Counted from the stretch's first letter, positions 21,977 to 30,548 are shown. The stretch is DNA of 36,174 nucleotides from an uncultured Ardenticatenales bacterium (GCA_964517425.1 CAZFFM010000001.1:1-36174), one strand, 5' to 3'. Notes: generated by a model from the letters alone, not told the origin. Numbers and translations are program-made.

Positions 21977-24862
21977 CACCATCCCCTCCCCCCCCAGCAC
22001 CTCCCCCACCTGCGCCAACGGACAGCCGGCCAGCGCGGCCTCGAAGTTCGCGGCGTCCTCCGGGCGCACTTCCACCAGGAAGCGTCCGTTCGACTCGCTG
22101 AAGAGGATCGTGTCGGGGCGGGTCACGTCGGCGTCGCGCGGCACGCGGGCGAGGTCGAGCCGCAGGCCCAGCCGGCCGGCACGCGCCATCTCCGCGGCAG
22201 CCACGCCCAGTCCCCCGTCCGAGAGGTCGTGGCAGGCACGCACCAGCCCGTCGCGCATGGCGCGGTGCAGCGCGCGTACGGTCCGCGGCCCGCCCTCGGC
22301 CAACCCCGGCGCGCGTCGCCCAACAAATCCCTTTGCTTTGTAATACAGAGACCCGCCCATCTCATTGCGCGTCTGCCCGATGAGGTAGAGCCGATTTCCC
22401 GCTTCCTTTAGATCCATCGTCACCGCCCTACGCACATCCGGCACAATGCCCACTGCGGAGATGAGCAGTGTGCCCGGAATCGGGCGACGTTTGCCGGTCG
22501 CGTCCGCGTATTCGTTGTTCAGGCTGTCCTTGCCGGAGATGAAGGGCAAGCGGTAGGGCACGGCCCCGTCGTAGCACCCTTGCGCCGCGTGCAACAGCCC
22601 CCCCAGCCGGTCGGGGCGGCTCGGGTCGCCCCAGCAGAAATTGTCGAGGATCGCCACCCTCTCCGGGTCGGCACCGACAGCGACGACGTTGCGCAGCGCC
22701 TCGTCCACCGCCGAGACGGCCATCGCCCAGGGGTCAAGCGTGCCATAGCGCGGGTTGATGCCGCAACCGACGGCCACGCCACGCCAGCCGTTCGCCTCCA
22801 GCGGCTTGATCACCGCCCCGTCCGAGGGGCCGTCGCCGTGTGGCCCGACCAGCGGCTTGACCACCGTGCCCCCCTGTACCTCGTGGTCGTACCGGCGAAC
22901 GATGTCCGCCCGGCTGCGGACCGTGGGATGGGCCAGCAGCGCCTCCACCTCGCTGACCAGATCGTCCGGGCAGGGAAAATCGGGTTCGGGAAAATCGGGC
23001 GGTTCCCACGTGGCCTGCAAGTGACGGCGGGGACAGCCGCCGTGCAAGAACGTCACGCCCAACGCGCCGGCCGTCTTCCCATCGTAGCGCAGCGTCAATC
23101 GCCCGTCGCCGGTGAACTGGCCGATGACCGTGGCCTCCACATCCAGGTCGGCGCAGATCCGGATCACGCGTTCCACGTTCGCTGGCGGCACGGCCAGGAT
23201 CATCCGCTCCTGTGCTTCGGAGAGCCAGATTTCCCAGGGGGCCAGGCCCTGGTACTTGAGCGGCACACGTTCCAGGTGTACCGTTGCGCCGAGCTCGGCG
23301 GCCATTTCGCCGACGGATGAAGAGAGGCCGCCGCCGCCGCAATCGGTGATCGCGCTGTAGAGGCCGGCGTCACGTGCGACGAGGATCGCCTCCAGCATCT
23401 TCTTCTCGGTGATTGGGTCGCCAATCTGCACGGCGCTGCCGGCGATTTCGCCCGTCTCGTGGGTCAGCTCCAGCGAGGAGAAGGTCGCGCCGCGCAGCCC
23501 GTCCCGTCCGGTACGCCCACCGACCAGGACGATTTTGTCGCCGGCGCGCGGGTTCGTGCGGTGCAGGCCCTTCGGCGCAATGCCCAGGCAGCCGCAGTAG
23601 ACCAACGGGTTGCCGATGTAGCCTTCGTCATAGAGGATTGCGCCGTTGACCACCGGCACGCCCAGCTTGTTGCCGTAGTCTTCGATTCCGTGAACGACCC
23701 CGCTTTCGATCCGGCGGGGGTGCAGCACGCCGGCCGGCAAGTCGGCGAAGTCCAGGTCTTGCGGGCCGAAGCAGAGGACGTCGGTGGCGGCGAGGGGGCG
23801 CGCGGAGACCCCGATGATGTCGCGCACCACACCCCCCACGCCGGTGTTCGCGCCGCCGAAGGGTTCGATGGCCGAGGGGTGGTTGTGCGTCTCCACTTTG
23901 AAGGAAAGCTCCAGCTCGTCATCGAAATCGATCATGCCGGCGTTGTCCACGAAGGCGGAACGCACCCAGGGGCGGGCCGCTTGCGCAGTGGCCTGGCGGA
24001 TGTAGTCGAGCAGAGACCAGTCGCGCCCGTCGTCCAACGCGGGCGACCGGCGGGCGATCCGTCCGCGGAACGTCTTGTGCCCGCAGTGTTCGGACCAGGT
24101 CTGGGCCAGGGTTTCCAGTTCCAGGTCGGTGGGGTCGCGGCCCGCGTCGCGGAAGTAGGCCCGGATGGCCTGCATCTCGGCCAAGTCGAGCGAGAGGCGG
24201 CGTTCCGCGCTGATTTGTTCCAGGTCTGCATTCGACGCCTGGCGCAGGGGGACGATCTGCACATACCCCACCTGGCTGAGGTCCGGCGGTGCAAAGCCGG
24301 GTTGGGCCGCTCCTAACGTGTAGGTCTGGATGGCGTCGTTGCAGAGGAGGCGACGGGCAATGCGGTGGACCTGCGCTTCGCTCAGGTCGCCGGCCAGCTC
24401 GTAGCGCAGCCCTGTGCGCACCTGTCGCAGTCCCGTCACGCCGATGACCTGCGTGCCGTGGAGCAGCGCTTCCGCCTGTGCGTCGGTCACTCCGGGGCGG
24501 AGGGTGACTTCTACGGAATGCGTTTCGGTATTTCGATTTTGGATTTTGGATTTTGGATTTTGGATTGCTGTGTTGCCTATTGCGGGTTGTGGATCACGTT
24601 TCACGCTCCACGCTCCACGCTCGACGCTCCACGCTCCACGTGCCACGTGCCACGTCGTCTGCGTGACCGGATCGGCCAGCAGAGCGCGACAGATTGTTTC
24701 AACGTCGCCCTCTGTCAAACCACCGCGAAGGAAATAGAGATCGCAAACAACGACATTCTTTACCCCTGCGATTCCCAAATCGCGAATGGCGCGAGACACG
24801 GCATTTCCACGTGGATCGAACTGACCTTCCGAAAGGCACACATCGACGCGAAACGTTTTCAT
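21938..24862 (-). CDS. purL: Phosphoribosylformylglycinamidine synthase, PurS-PurS-PurL fusion
   Basis: One uninterrupted frame. It contains a PurS-like domain (MKTFRVDVCLSEGQFDPRGNAV...), a heptad-encoded linker, a second PurS-like domain (VEVTLRPGVTDAQAEA...), and then the PurL core (WSEHCGHKTF and two AIR-synthase-like repeats). The start is ATG 24862. Confidence 0.85.
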   Translation of the reverse strand: MKTFRVDVCLSEGQFDPRGNAVSRAIRDLGIAGVKNVVVCDLYFLRGGLTEGDVETICRALLADPVTQTTWHVARGAWSVERGAWSVKRDPQPAIGNTAIQNPKSKIQNRNTETHSVEVTLRPGVTDAQAEALLHGTQVIGVTGLRQVRTGLRYELAGDLSEAQVHRIARRLLCNDAIQTYTLGAAQPGFAPPDLSQVGYVQIVPLRQASNADLEQISAERRLSLDLAEMQAIRAYFRDAGRDPTDLELETLAQTWSEHCGHKTFRGRIARRSPALDDGRDWSLLDYIRQATAQAARPWVRSAFVDNAGMIDFDDELELSFKVETHNHPSAIEPFGGANTGVGGVVRDIIGVSARPLAATDVLCFGPQDLDFADLPAGVLHPRRIESGVVHGIEDYGNKLGVPVVNGAILYDEGYIGNPLVYCGCLGIAPKGLHRTNPRAGDKIVLVGGRTGRDGLRGATFSSLELTHETGEIAGSAVQIGDPITEKKMLEAILVARDAGLYSAITDCGGGGLSSSVGEMAAELGATVHLERVPLKYQGLAPWEIWLSEAQERMILAVPPANVERVIRICADLDVEATVIGQFTGDGRLTLRYDGKTAGALGVTFLHGGCPRRHLQATWEPPDFPEPDFPCPDDLVSEVEALLAHPTVRSRADIVRRYDHEVQGGTVVKPLVGPHGDGPSDGAVIKPLEANGWRGVAVGCGINPRYGTLDPWAMAVSAVDEALRNVVAVGADPERVAILDNFCWGDPSRPDRLGGLLHAAQGCYDGAVPYRLPFISGKDSLNNEYADATGKRRPIPGTLLISAVGIVPDVRRAVTMDLKEAGNRLYLIGQTRNEMGGSLYYKAKGFVGRRAPGLAEGGPRTVRALHRAMRDGLVRACHDLSDGGLGVAAAEMARAGRLGLRLDLARVPRDADVTRPDTILFSESNGRFLVEVRPEDAANFEAALAGCPLAQVGEVLGGEGMVSFEGEQELLKAL
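24535..24653. repeat. Composite heptad array, 17 in-register units (119 nt), inside the purSL ORF
   Basis: (gattttg)x4 gattgct gtgttgc ctattgc gggttgt ggatcac gtttcac (gctccac)x2 gctcgac (gctccac)x2 (gtgccac)x2. Confidence 0.85.
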
Positions 24863-25131
24863 GCGGCTGCCCCTGCAACGAAATTGGCACGTTGCAGATT
24901 GCTTTGCTTCACGCGTAACGACAAACCACAAAAGCGCAAAGGCACGAAGGAAAAAACTTTTTTGATACTTTGTAGCTTGGTGACTTTGTGGTGAGAAATC
25001 CCGTTTGGGTTCGGTTTGGGTAGGGGGAACATGACCGCGCGGGAAGACAACCGCTTCCTGGCAACAGTTGACAGATGGCGATGGTTCCAGAGGGACAGGT
25101 TTCCTCCGGAACCATAATTTGGCAAGATCAT
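24859..25131 (-). CDS. Possible 90-aa upstream ORF translationally coupled to purSL
   Basis: The ATG at 25131 has AGGAGG 7 nt upstream, and the stop forms an ATGA overlap with the purSL start. The product is basic, low-complexity and unrecognisable, and the ORF runs across repeat copy B. Confidence 0.25.
   Translation of the reverse strand: MILPNYGSGGNLSLWNHRHLSTVARKRLSSRAVMFPLPKPNPNGISHHKVTKLQSIKKVFSFVPLRFCGLSLRVKQSNLQRANFVAGAAA
24918..24999. repeat. MITE-like element, copy B (degenerate left arm)
   Basis: The core gcaaaggcacgaaggaaaaaac (24936-24957) and the right arm gactttgtggtgagaaat (24982-24999) match copy A at 1121-1202. Confidence 0.5.
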
Positions 25132-25347
25132 GGTGCCAACCTCCTGTATGGTTTGAAACCGATTTTGCCGGCCTTCACCTTCGAGGCAATGCTCCAGACT
25201 CGCCTGGTCTGACTTCACGCCACAAACGGGGTGGCAAAAAGAAGTATAGCACAGTTTGTCAGAAACAGCAATTGCAGCCGACGACGAACCTGCCAACGGA
25301 GAAAGCAGCTTCGCCGGCAGCTCGCAGCAACGAACCGGCCATGCGAT

Positions 25348-25376
25348 TTGCCTATCGGGGGAAACGCTGGCATAAT
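25348..25376 (+). promoter_or_regulatory. Promoter TTGCCT-17-CATAAT, 6 nt upstream of the mutY ATG
   Basis: The -35 is at 25348-25353 and the -10 at 25371-25376. The ATG is at 25383 with no SD, so a leaderless mutY transcript is plausible. Confidence 0.45.
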
Positions 25377-25382
25377 GGCCGC

Positions 25383-26453
25383 ATGAACGAACGTGAGTCT
25401 CAAATTCGCCGGCGACTGATGGATTGGTACGACCGGCGGCAGCGGGATATGCCTTGGCGTGGCGCAGGTGATCCGTACGCTGTCTGGGTCGCCGAGGTCA
25501 TGCTCCAGCAGACCCGTGTGGAGACGGTGCGGCCCTACTACCGTCGCTGGATGGAACGTTTCCCGACGGTGTTCGAGTTGGCCGCTGCTGCCACCGACGA
25601 CGTACTGAAGGCATGGGAAGGCCTGGGCTATTACGCACGCGCCCGCAATTTGCACAGGGCGGCGCAACAGCTTGTCCGCGACCACAGGGGAAAGCTTCCC
25701 GACAACTGGGATGACCTGCGAGCGCTGCCGGGGATCGGTGATTACACCGCCGGCGCGGTGCTCAGCATTGCCTTCGGCAAGCCGTTTCCGGCCGTAGATG
25801 GCAACGCGCGGCGTGTACTCGCCCGCCTCTTCGCCATAGACGCCCCCATTCGCCGCTCCGCCGTCCAGCGGCAGATGTACGACCTCGCCGCCCGCATGAT
25901 CCCCGCCGAGCGGCCCGGCGACTTCAACCAGGCGCTGATGGACCTGGGTGCAGAGGTCTGCCTGCCCCGTACGCCCGACTGCGATTCGTGCCCTCTGACC
26001 GGAGAATGTCTGGCTTTCCAGCAGGACCGGCAAGCCGATTTTCCCTACCGGAAGACACCTCACAAACTGCCCCACTACGAAATGACGGCCGGCGTTATTT
26101 GGGGGCCGCAACGCAAGGTGTTGATGGCACGCCGGCCCTGGAAAGGTTTGCTCGGTGGACTTTGGGGCTTCCCCGGCAGCAAACAGATCACGGGCGAAAC
26201 CCTGGAGGCCAGTTTGCGCCGGGGAATCCGTGCGACGCTTGGCGTGCGCGTTGCGATAGAAGAACCCATCGTGACCATCGAGCACGCGTACACCCACTTT
26301 CGCATTACACTGCACGCATTCCATTGCCGGTATCTGAGCGGAGACCCACAAACTATCGGTTGTGCAGAATGGAAATGGATAGTACCTGAAGAAATTCAGA
26401 AACTAGCGCTGCCACGCACGGACCAAAAAATCTTAAAGGCGATAGATAGGTGA
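25383..26453 (+). CDS. mutY: A/G-specific adenine DNA glycosylase
   Basis: HhH-GPD core (VWVAEVMLQQTRV, LPGIGDYTAGAV), an Fe-S cluster loop (CLPRTPDCDSCPLTGEC) and a C-terminal MutT-like domain. The start at 25383 is preferred over the ORF-track start at 25068. Confidence 0.9.
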   Translation: MNERESQIRRRLMDWYDRRQRDMPWRGAGDPYAVWVAEVMLQQTRVETVRPYYRRWMERFPTVFELAAAATDDVLKAWEGLGYYARARNLHRAAQQLVRDHRGKLPDNWDDLRALPGIGDYTAGAVLSIAFGKPFPAVDGNARRVLARLFAIDAPIRRSAVQRQMYDLAARMIPAERPGDFNQALMDLGAEVCLPRTPDCDSCPLTGECLAFQQDRQADFPYRKTPHKLPHYEMTAGVIWGPQRKVLMARRPWKGLLGGLWGFPGSKQITGETLEASLRRGIRATLGVRVAIEEPIVTIEHAYTHFRITLHAFHCRYLSGDPQTIGCAEWKWIVPEEIQKLALPRTDQKILKAIDR

Positions 26454-26486
26454 ATAATAGCGTACTGTTGCAGCACACTTCTACGT

Positions 26487-26515
26487 TTGCCTTTGAGGGG
26501 AGGATGTATTATAAT
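26487..26515 (+). promoter_or_regulatory. Promoter TTGCCT-17-TATAAT upstream of lepB
   Basis: The -35 is at 26487-26492 and the -10 at 26510-26515, about 150 nt upstream of the lepB start. Confidence 0.5.
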
Positions 26516-26663
26516 CTAAGGAGTCAATATGAGCGTATGCTCCGCTTTCCTGATGTTGGATTGTTGGGGTAATGCGAAACGTGACGTTTGAGGACTGCCA
26601 TCTAGCGACTGACGTCTGGCGTCTGAAGCAGATTGGACGCATGAGAATAAGGAGACAAGTATC

Positions 26664-27491
26664 TTGAGTTTGACTGACGAGGATCGTCGAATGGCGGCGA
26701 GCGAAACGGACGACAATCCGTTGATAACTACTTCGACAGAAGGGGCGTTCCCGGCTGTACCTGGCGATGGACAAGTTTTGAACGAAGAAGAAGCGACTTT
26801 TCAGGGGGTCGAAATCCCGGTTTCTGAGTGGGCCTGGACTCCCGCTATTCCGACAAACTCCGACACCTATACGCCTGTGCCCGTCTCTGTGGATTGGGGA
26901 ACAACGCCCTCTACCCCCCCAGACGCAACAGAACCAAAGCCATCGTTGTGGGATACGATACGCCCGCTGCTTCGCGAGACCGTAGAGACGCTCATCCTAA
27001 CCGCGATTATCTTTGTCCTGATCCGTTCCGTGGCCCAAAACTTTCGCATCGAAGGGTACAGCATGGAGCCGAATTTTCACGACGGCCAATATCTCATCGT
27101 GAACAAAATCAGCTACCATCTTCACGATCTGGAACGCGGAGACGTCATTGTTTTCCAGTATCCCCGCGCTCCAAAGCGAGATTTCATCAAGCGCGTCATC
27201 GGCCTGCCCGGAGAAAAGGTAGAAATTCGACGCGGTACGGTCTACGTCAACGACGAGCAGATGAAGGAGCCGTATGATCCCAACCCGGGGACGTATTCTT
27301 GGGGGCCACAGACCGTACCGGAGGGAGAGTACTTTGTTCTGGGAGACAACCGCAATAATTCCAGCGACTCGCACACGTGGGGCATGTTGCCGCGTGGCAA
27401 TGTGGTGGGTAAAGCCTGGGGCATCTATTGGCCGCCAAGTACCTGGGGCTTAGTCCAATACTTGCGCCCCAGCCTTGCGGCAGTGCAATAA
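26664..27491 (+). CDS. lepB: Signal peptidase I
   Basis: S26 motifs GYSMEPNF, GDVIVF, RDFIKRVIGLPGE and VLGDNRNNSSDS. The start is TTG 26664, with AGGAG 9 nt upstream. Confidence 0.9.
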   Translation: MSLTDEDRRMAASETDDNPLITTSTEGAFPAVPGDGQVLNEEEATFQGVEIPVSEWAWTPAIPTNSDTYTPVPVSVDWGTTPSTPPDATEPKPSLWDTIRPLLRETVETLILTAIIFVLIRSVAQNFRIEGYSMEPNFHDGQYLIVNKISYHLHDLERGDVIVFQYPRAPKRDFIKRVIGLPGEKVEIRRGTVYVNDEQMKEPYDPNPGTYSWGPQTVPEGEYFVLGDNRNNSSDSHTWGMLPRGNVVGKAWGIYWPPSTWGLVQYLRPSLAAVQ

Positions 27492-27503
27492 CGTGGACGT
27501 TCT

Positions 27504-27629
27504 GATTTTGGATTTTAGATTTGCGATTTTGGATTGGTGGGAAACGTGGTACGTATTGCGTGATGCGTGTTGCGTCTGACGCATCACGCATCACGTTTTA
27601 CCTGACACGTGACACTTGACACCTGACAC
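27504..27629. repeat. Composite heptad array, 18 in-register units (126 nt)
   Basis: gattttg gatttta gatttgc gattttg gattggt gggaaac gtggtac gtattgc gtgatgc gtgttgc gtctgac gcatcac x2 gttttac ctgacac gtgacac ttgacac ctgacac. Confidence 0.9.
27559..27600 (+). terminator. Intrinsic terminator of lepB, built from inverted heptads
   Basis: An 18-bp stem pairs cgtgatgcgtgttgcgtc with gacgcatcacgcatcacg, with one mismatch. It is followed by TTTT and lies 68 nt after the lepB stop. Confidence 0.6.
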
Positions 27630-27656
27630 CTTATTTCCATAACAGCAGCGGGAGCC

Positions 27657-28394
27657 GTGATGGACGAAGCAAGTATCCGTGCCCTTGTCCGGCGTGTACT
27701 GGATGAAATGGGAGACTCAAAGCCCACCGGGCCAATGAATGATGGCAGAGGGGAACCGCTTGTTTCTGCTCCCCTCGCGCTGGTCACCCAAGCGGACGTG
27801 GAAGCGTTGCCGCCGGGCGGGCAACTGCTCATCGCCGCGAAGGCCATCATCACGCCGCTGGCCCGAGACGTGGCCAAAGAGCGGCGCGTGACTCTCGTTC
27901 GTACGGCGGCGCCGGCGCAACCGGAAGACCGCGCGCCGGAGCGGCCCGCCCGCGTCGCCATCGGCGCGGACCACGGCGGGTATGCGCTGAAGGAAATCTT
28001 GCGCCGTTACTTGCAAGACCAAGGCTACGACGTGCGCGATTGCGGCACGCACGGCACGCAGTCGGTGGACTACCCTGACATCGCTTTTCAGGTCGCTCGC
28101 CTGGTCGCCGAAGGGGCGGTGGACCGGGGCATCATGATCGATGGCGCGGGAATCGGCTCCTGCATGGCAGCGAACAAAGTGCCCGGCGTGCGGGCCAGCC
28201 TCTGCTACGACGTTTCCAGCGCGCGGAACGCCCGCGAACACAACGACGCCAACGTCCTCACCCTGGGGGGCAAGCTGATCGGCGAAGCATTGGCCAAGCA
28301 AATCATCAAGACCTGGCTGGAGATGCCCTTCGCCGGCGGTCGCCATGCCGGTCGCGTGGAAAAGATCATGGCTGTGGAGAAACAATGGCAGTAG
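27657..28394 (+). CDS. rpiB: RpiB/LacAB-family sugar-phosphate isomerase with an approximately 100-aa N-terminal extension (BMC-targeted)
   Basis: RpiB core ([14 protein letters not shown] ... [10 protein letters not shown] ... HNDANVL). The N-terminal amphipathic helix [15 protein letters not shown] resembles a BMC encapsulation peptide. Confidence 0.85.
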   Translation: MMDEASIRALVRRVLDEMGDSKPTGPMNDGRGEPLVSAPLALVTQADVEALPPGGQLLIAAKAIITPLARDVAKERRVTLVRTAAPAQPEDRAPERPARVAIGADHGGYALKEILRRYLQDQGYDVRDCGTHGTQSVDYPDIAFQVARLVAEGAVDRGIMIDGAGIGSCMAANKVPGVRASLCYDVSSARNAREHNDANVLTLGGKLIGEALAKQIIKTWLEMPFAGGRHAGRVEKIMAVEKQWQ

Positions 28395-29257
28395 ACATCG
28401 AGCAACTGGTCGCCCTGATCACCAAAGAGGTCATGGTCAAGCTGCGCACGCAGGAGGCGGAAGAGCGCGGCGACCTGCCGGTCTTCCGCTGCTACGACTG
28501 CAGCCAGGGGCGGTGTGCCTGGACCTGCACCGACAAGGTGCGCCGGGTGATGGATGCCGGCGCGACACGCATCGCTGCATCGCTCGGTGCCGGCGGCGTG
28601 GCCACCGACATTGCCCGCATCATTGATCACACGCTGCTCAAGGCGGACGCCACGCCAGCGCAGATCGCCCAGCTTTGCTACGAGGCACAGAAGTACGGGT
28701 TCGCGTCCGTCTGCATCAACCCCGGCTACGCTGCGCTGGCCGCGCAGTTGCTGGCCGGTTCGCCGGTGAAGGTCTGCACCGTTGTGGGGTTTCCGCTGGG
28801 TGCCACCAGCACGGAGGCCAAAGTGGCCGAGACGGTGCAGGCGCTGGACGACGGGGCCACGGAGATTGACATGGTGATCAACATCGGTGCGCTGAAGGCG
28901 GGCGACTACGAGCTGGTGGAGCGAGACATCGCCGCCATCGTGCGTGCGGCACACGGGCGGGGCGCACTCGTCAAGGTGATCATCGAGGCAGCGCTGTTGA
29001 CCGACGAAGAGAAGGTGAAGGCGTGTACGCTGGCCAAAGCGGCGGGGGCCGACTACGTGAAAACCTCGACCGGTTTTGGGCCGGGCGGCGCGACGACACA
29101 CGACGTGGCCCTCATGCGCCAGACGGTGGGCGCGGGTATGGGTGTCAAGGCGGCCGGCGGGATCGGCACCCTAGAGAAGGCGCGCGAGATGGTCCATGCC
29201 GGCGCCACACGCATCGGGGCCAGCGCCGGTGTGCGCATCGTGGCACAGGGGACGTAG
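28385..29257 (+). CDS. deoC: Deoxyribose-phosphate aldolase with N-terminal encapsulation-peptide-like helix
   Basis: DERA core ([36 protein letters not shown] Schiff-base Lys region, VKAAGGI). The N-terminus is [17 protein letters not shown]. Confidence 0.9.
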   Translation: MAVDIEQLVALITKEVMVKLRTQEAEERGDLPVFRCYDCSQGRCAWTCTDKVRRVMDAGATRIAASLGAGGVATDIARIIDHTLLKADATPAQIAQLCYEAQKYGFASVCINPGYAALAAQLLAGSPVKVCTVVGFPLGATSTEAKVAETVQALDDGATEIDMVINIGALKAGDYELVERDIAAIVRAAHGRGALVKVIIEAALLTDEEKVKACTLAKAAGADYVKTSTGFGPGGATTHDVALMRQTVGAGMGVKAAGGIGTLEKAREMVHAGATRIGASAGVRIVAQGT

Positions 29258-29299
29258 GGCGGGAAGCATGGATCGCCAAGATGAGAACAGGAGTGTCCA

Positions 29300-29578
29300 G
29301 TGCGTGCAGTCCCTCCGTATCTCTTGACGGATCATGCACGAATGGAGATGGCTCGCCGCCAGATCAAAGAGTCAGATATTGCTAGAATCTTGGCCTTACC
29401 TGAGCAAACTGAAAGGGTACGTGAGGGGCGCATGGTCTACCAATCTCGGATAAAGTGTGGAAATCCTCCTAAACTACACCTGCTCAGGGTATTTGTGGAT
29501 GTCGACAGGGATCCCCCGGAGGTCGTAACGGCATACCGGACCAGCAAGGTTAAAAAGTACTGGAGAACTGAACAGTGA
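29300..29578 (+). CDS. DUF4258-like toxin
   Basis: 92 aa with the motif LTDHARMEMARRQIKESDI. The GTG start has AGGAG 6 nt upstream, and there is a GTGA overlap with the next gene. Confidence 0.65.
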   Translation: MRAVPPYLLTDHARMEMARRQIKESDIARILALPEQTERVREGRMVYQSRIKCGNPPKLHLLRVFVDVDRDPPEVVTAYRTSKVKKYWRTEQ

Positions 29579-29781
29579 GAGTCATTTACGACCCCGCGAC
29601 AGATACGTTGACGGTCATCCTGGCTGAAACGCAAGTCGCTGAAAGCGACGAGGATAAACCCGGCGTGATCCTAGACTACGATGCGGGAGGAAGTCTTGTA
29701 TCTCTCGAGATTCTTGACGCCTCTCACCGTGTGGCAGTACCAACCGGCATAGAGTATCAGGTCATGCAAAGAGTCGCATAG
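29575..29781 (+). CDS. DUF2283-like antitoxin
   Basis: 68 aa. YDPATDTLTVIL ... GVILDYDAGGSLVSLEILDAS is the typical DUF2283 pattern. Confidence 0.65.
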   Translation: MRVIYDPATDTLTVILAETQVAESDEDKPGVILDYDAGGSLVSLEILDASHRVAVPTGIEYQVMQRVA

Positions 29782-29805
29782 GGAATGTAGTCGCACACGC
29801 ACGCG

Positions 29806-29874
29806 ATGGTACACGCCGGTGCCACGCGCATCGGGGCCAGCGCCGGTGTGCGCATCGTGGCGCAGGGGGCGTAG
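29806..29874 (+). pseudogene. Duplicated deoC 3-prime end, copy 2
   Basis: Encodes [22 protein letters not shown]-stop. It shows 63 of 69 nt identity to 29189-29257, and 5 of the 6 differences are synonymous. Confidence 0.85.
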
Positions 29875-29892
29875 CGCGAAGGGAGAAGGTGG

Positions 29893-30123
29893 ATGACCAG
29901 TACAGCGATCACACAACAACTTAACGAACAAATTGTACAACTTCCGCTTGGGCTTCAACAAAGGGTTCTTGATTTTGCACAAGCGCTGGTGATTTCTTCT
30001 CCCAAAGGAATCCCGGGAAAGCAACTGCTTCGCTTTGCAGGCACCATGGACCATGATGATATTCGGGCAATCGAACAAGCCATCGAAGCCGGGTGCGAGA
30101 AAGTAGACGTGAATGAATGGTAG
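29893..30123 (+). CDS. Antitoxin partner of VapC (family not recognised)
   Basis: 76 aa, with GGAGAAGG RBS and an 11-nt overlap with the PIN gene. Confidence 0.6.
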   Translation: MTSTAITQQLNEQIVQLPLGLQQRVLDFAQALVISSPKGIPGKQLLRFAGTMDHDDIRAIEQAIEAGCEKVDVNEW

Positions 30124-30502
30124 ATTCCTCTTGGATACAAATGTAATCATTGCGCTTTTTGCGGGAGAGGCCGGCCTTCGGAACCAATTGGAGCAGGCAA
30201 AGGAAGTCTTTGTGCCCACGATTGCACTAGGAGAACTCTACTTCGGAGCTGGAAAGTCCGGACGAGCAAAAGAGAATCTGGGACGGCTGGATGAATTTGC
30301 AGTTAGCGCTTCTGTCCTTGCCTGTGACTTGGGCACGGCGAGAGAGTACGGCGTCATTAAGAACTCATTACGAGAGAAGGGCAGGCCCATCCCCGAGAAT
30401 GACATTTGGATCGCGGCCATTGCCAGGCAGTACGGGTTGACTCTGGTCACCCGAGATGCGCATTTTGACGGAATCAGTGAACTGGCAATGGAGGCCTGGT
30501 AG
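30113..30502 (+). CDS. vapC: PIN-domain toxin, VapC family
   Basis: 129 aa with FLLDTNVIIAL, ENDIWIAA and LVTRDAHF. Confidence 0.85.
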   Translation: MNGRFLLDTNVIIALFAGEAGLRNQLEQAKEVFVPTIALGELYFGAGKSGRAKENLGRLDEFAVSASVLACDLGTAREYGVIKNSLREKGRPIPENDIWIAAIARQYGLTLVTRDAHFDGISELAMEAW

Positions 30503-30543
30503 TCCACGCCGGTTCCACGCGCATCGGGGCGCAGGGGGCGTAG
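30502..30543 (+). pseudogene. Duplicated deoC 3-prime end, copy 3 (with in-frame 24-nt deletion)
   Basis: Encodes VHAGSTRIGAQGA-stop and starts at the last base of the vapC stop codon. Confidence 0.8.
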
Positions 30544-30548
30544 GGCGA

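Noticed and set aside
24863-25120. A purine or ZTP-type riboswitch in the purSL leader, and similarly in the purF leader at 9818-9980.
   Set aside because: I found no match to the conserved cores I remember (the purine three-way junction, or the ZTP GGGUCGUGAC...CCGCCUGGGC). Only a simple 8-bp hairpin and repeat elements are visible. A covariance-model scan would be needed for certainty.
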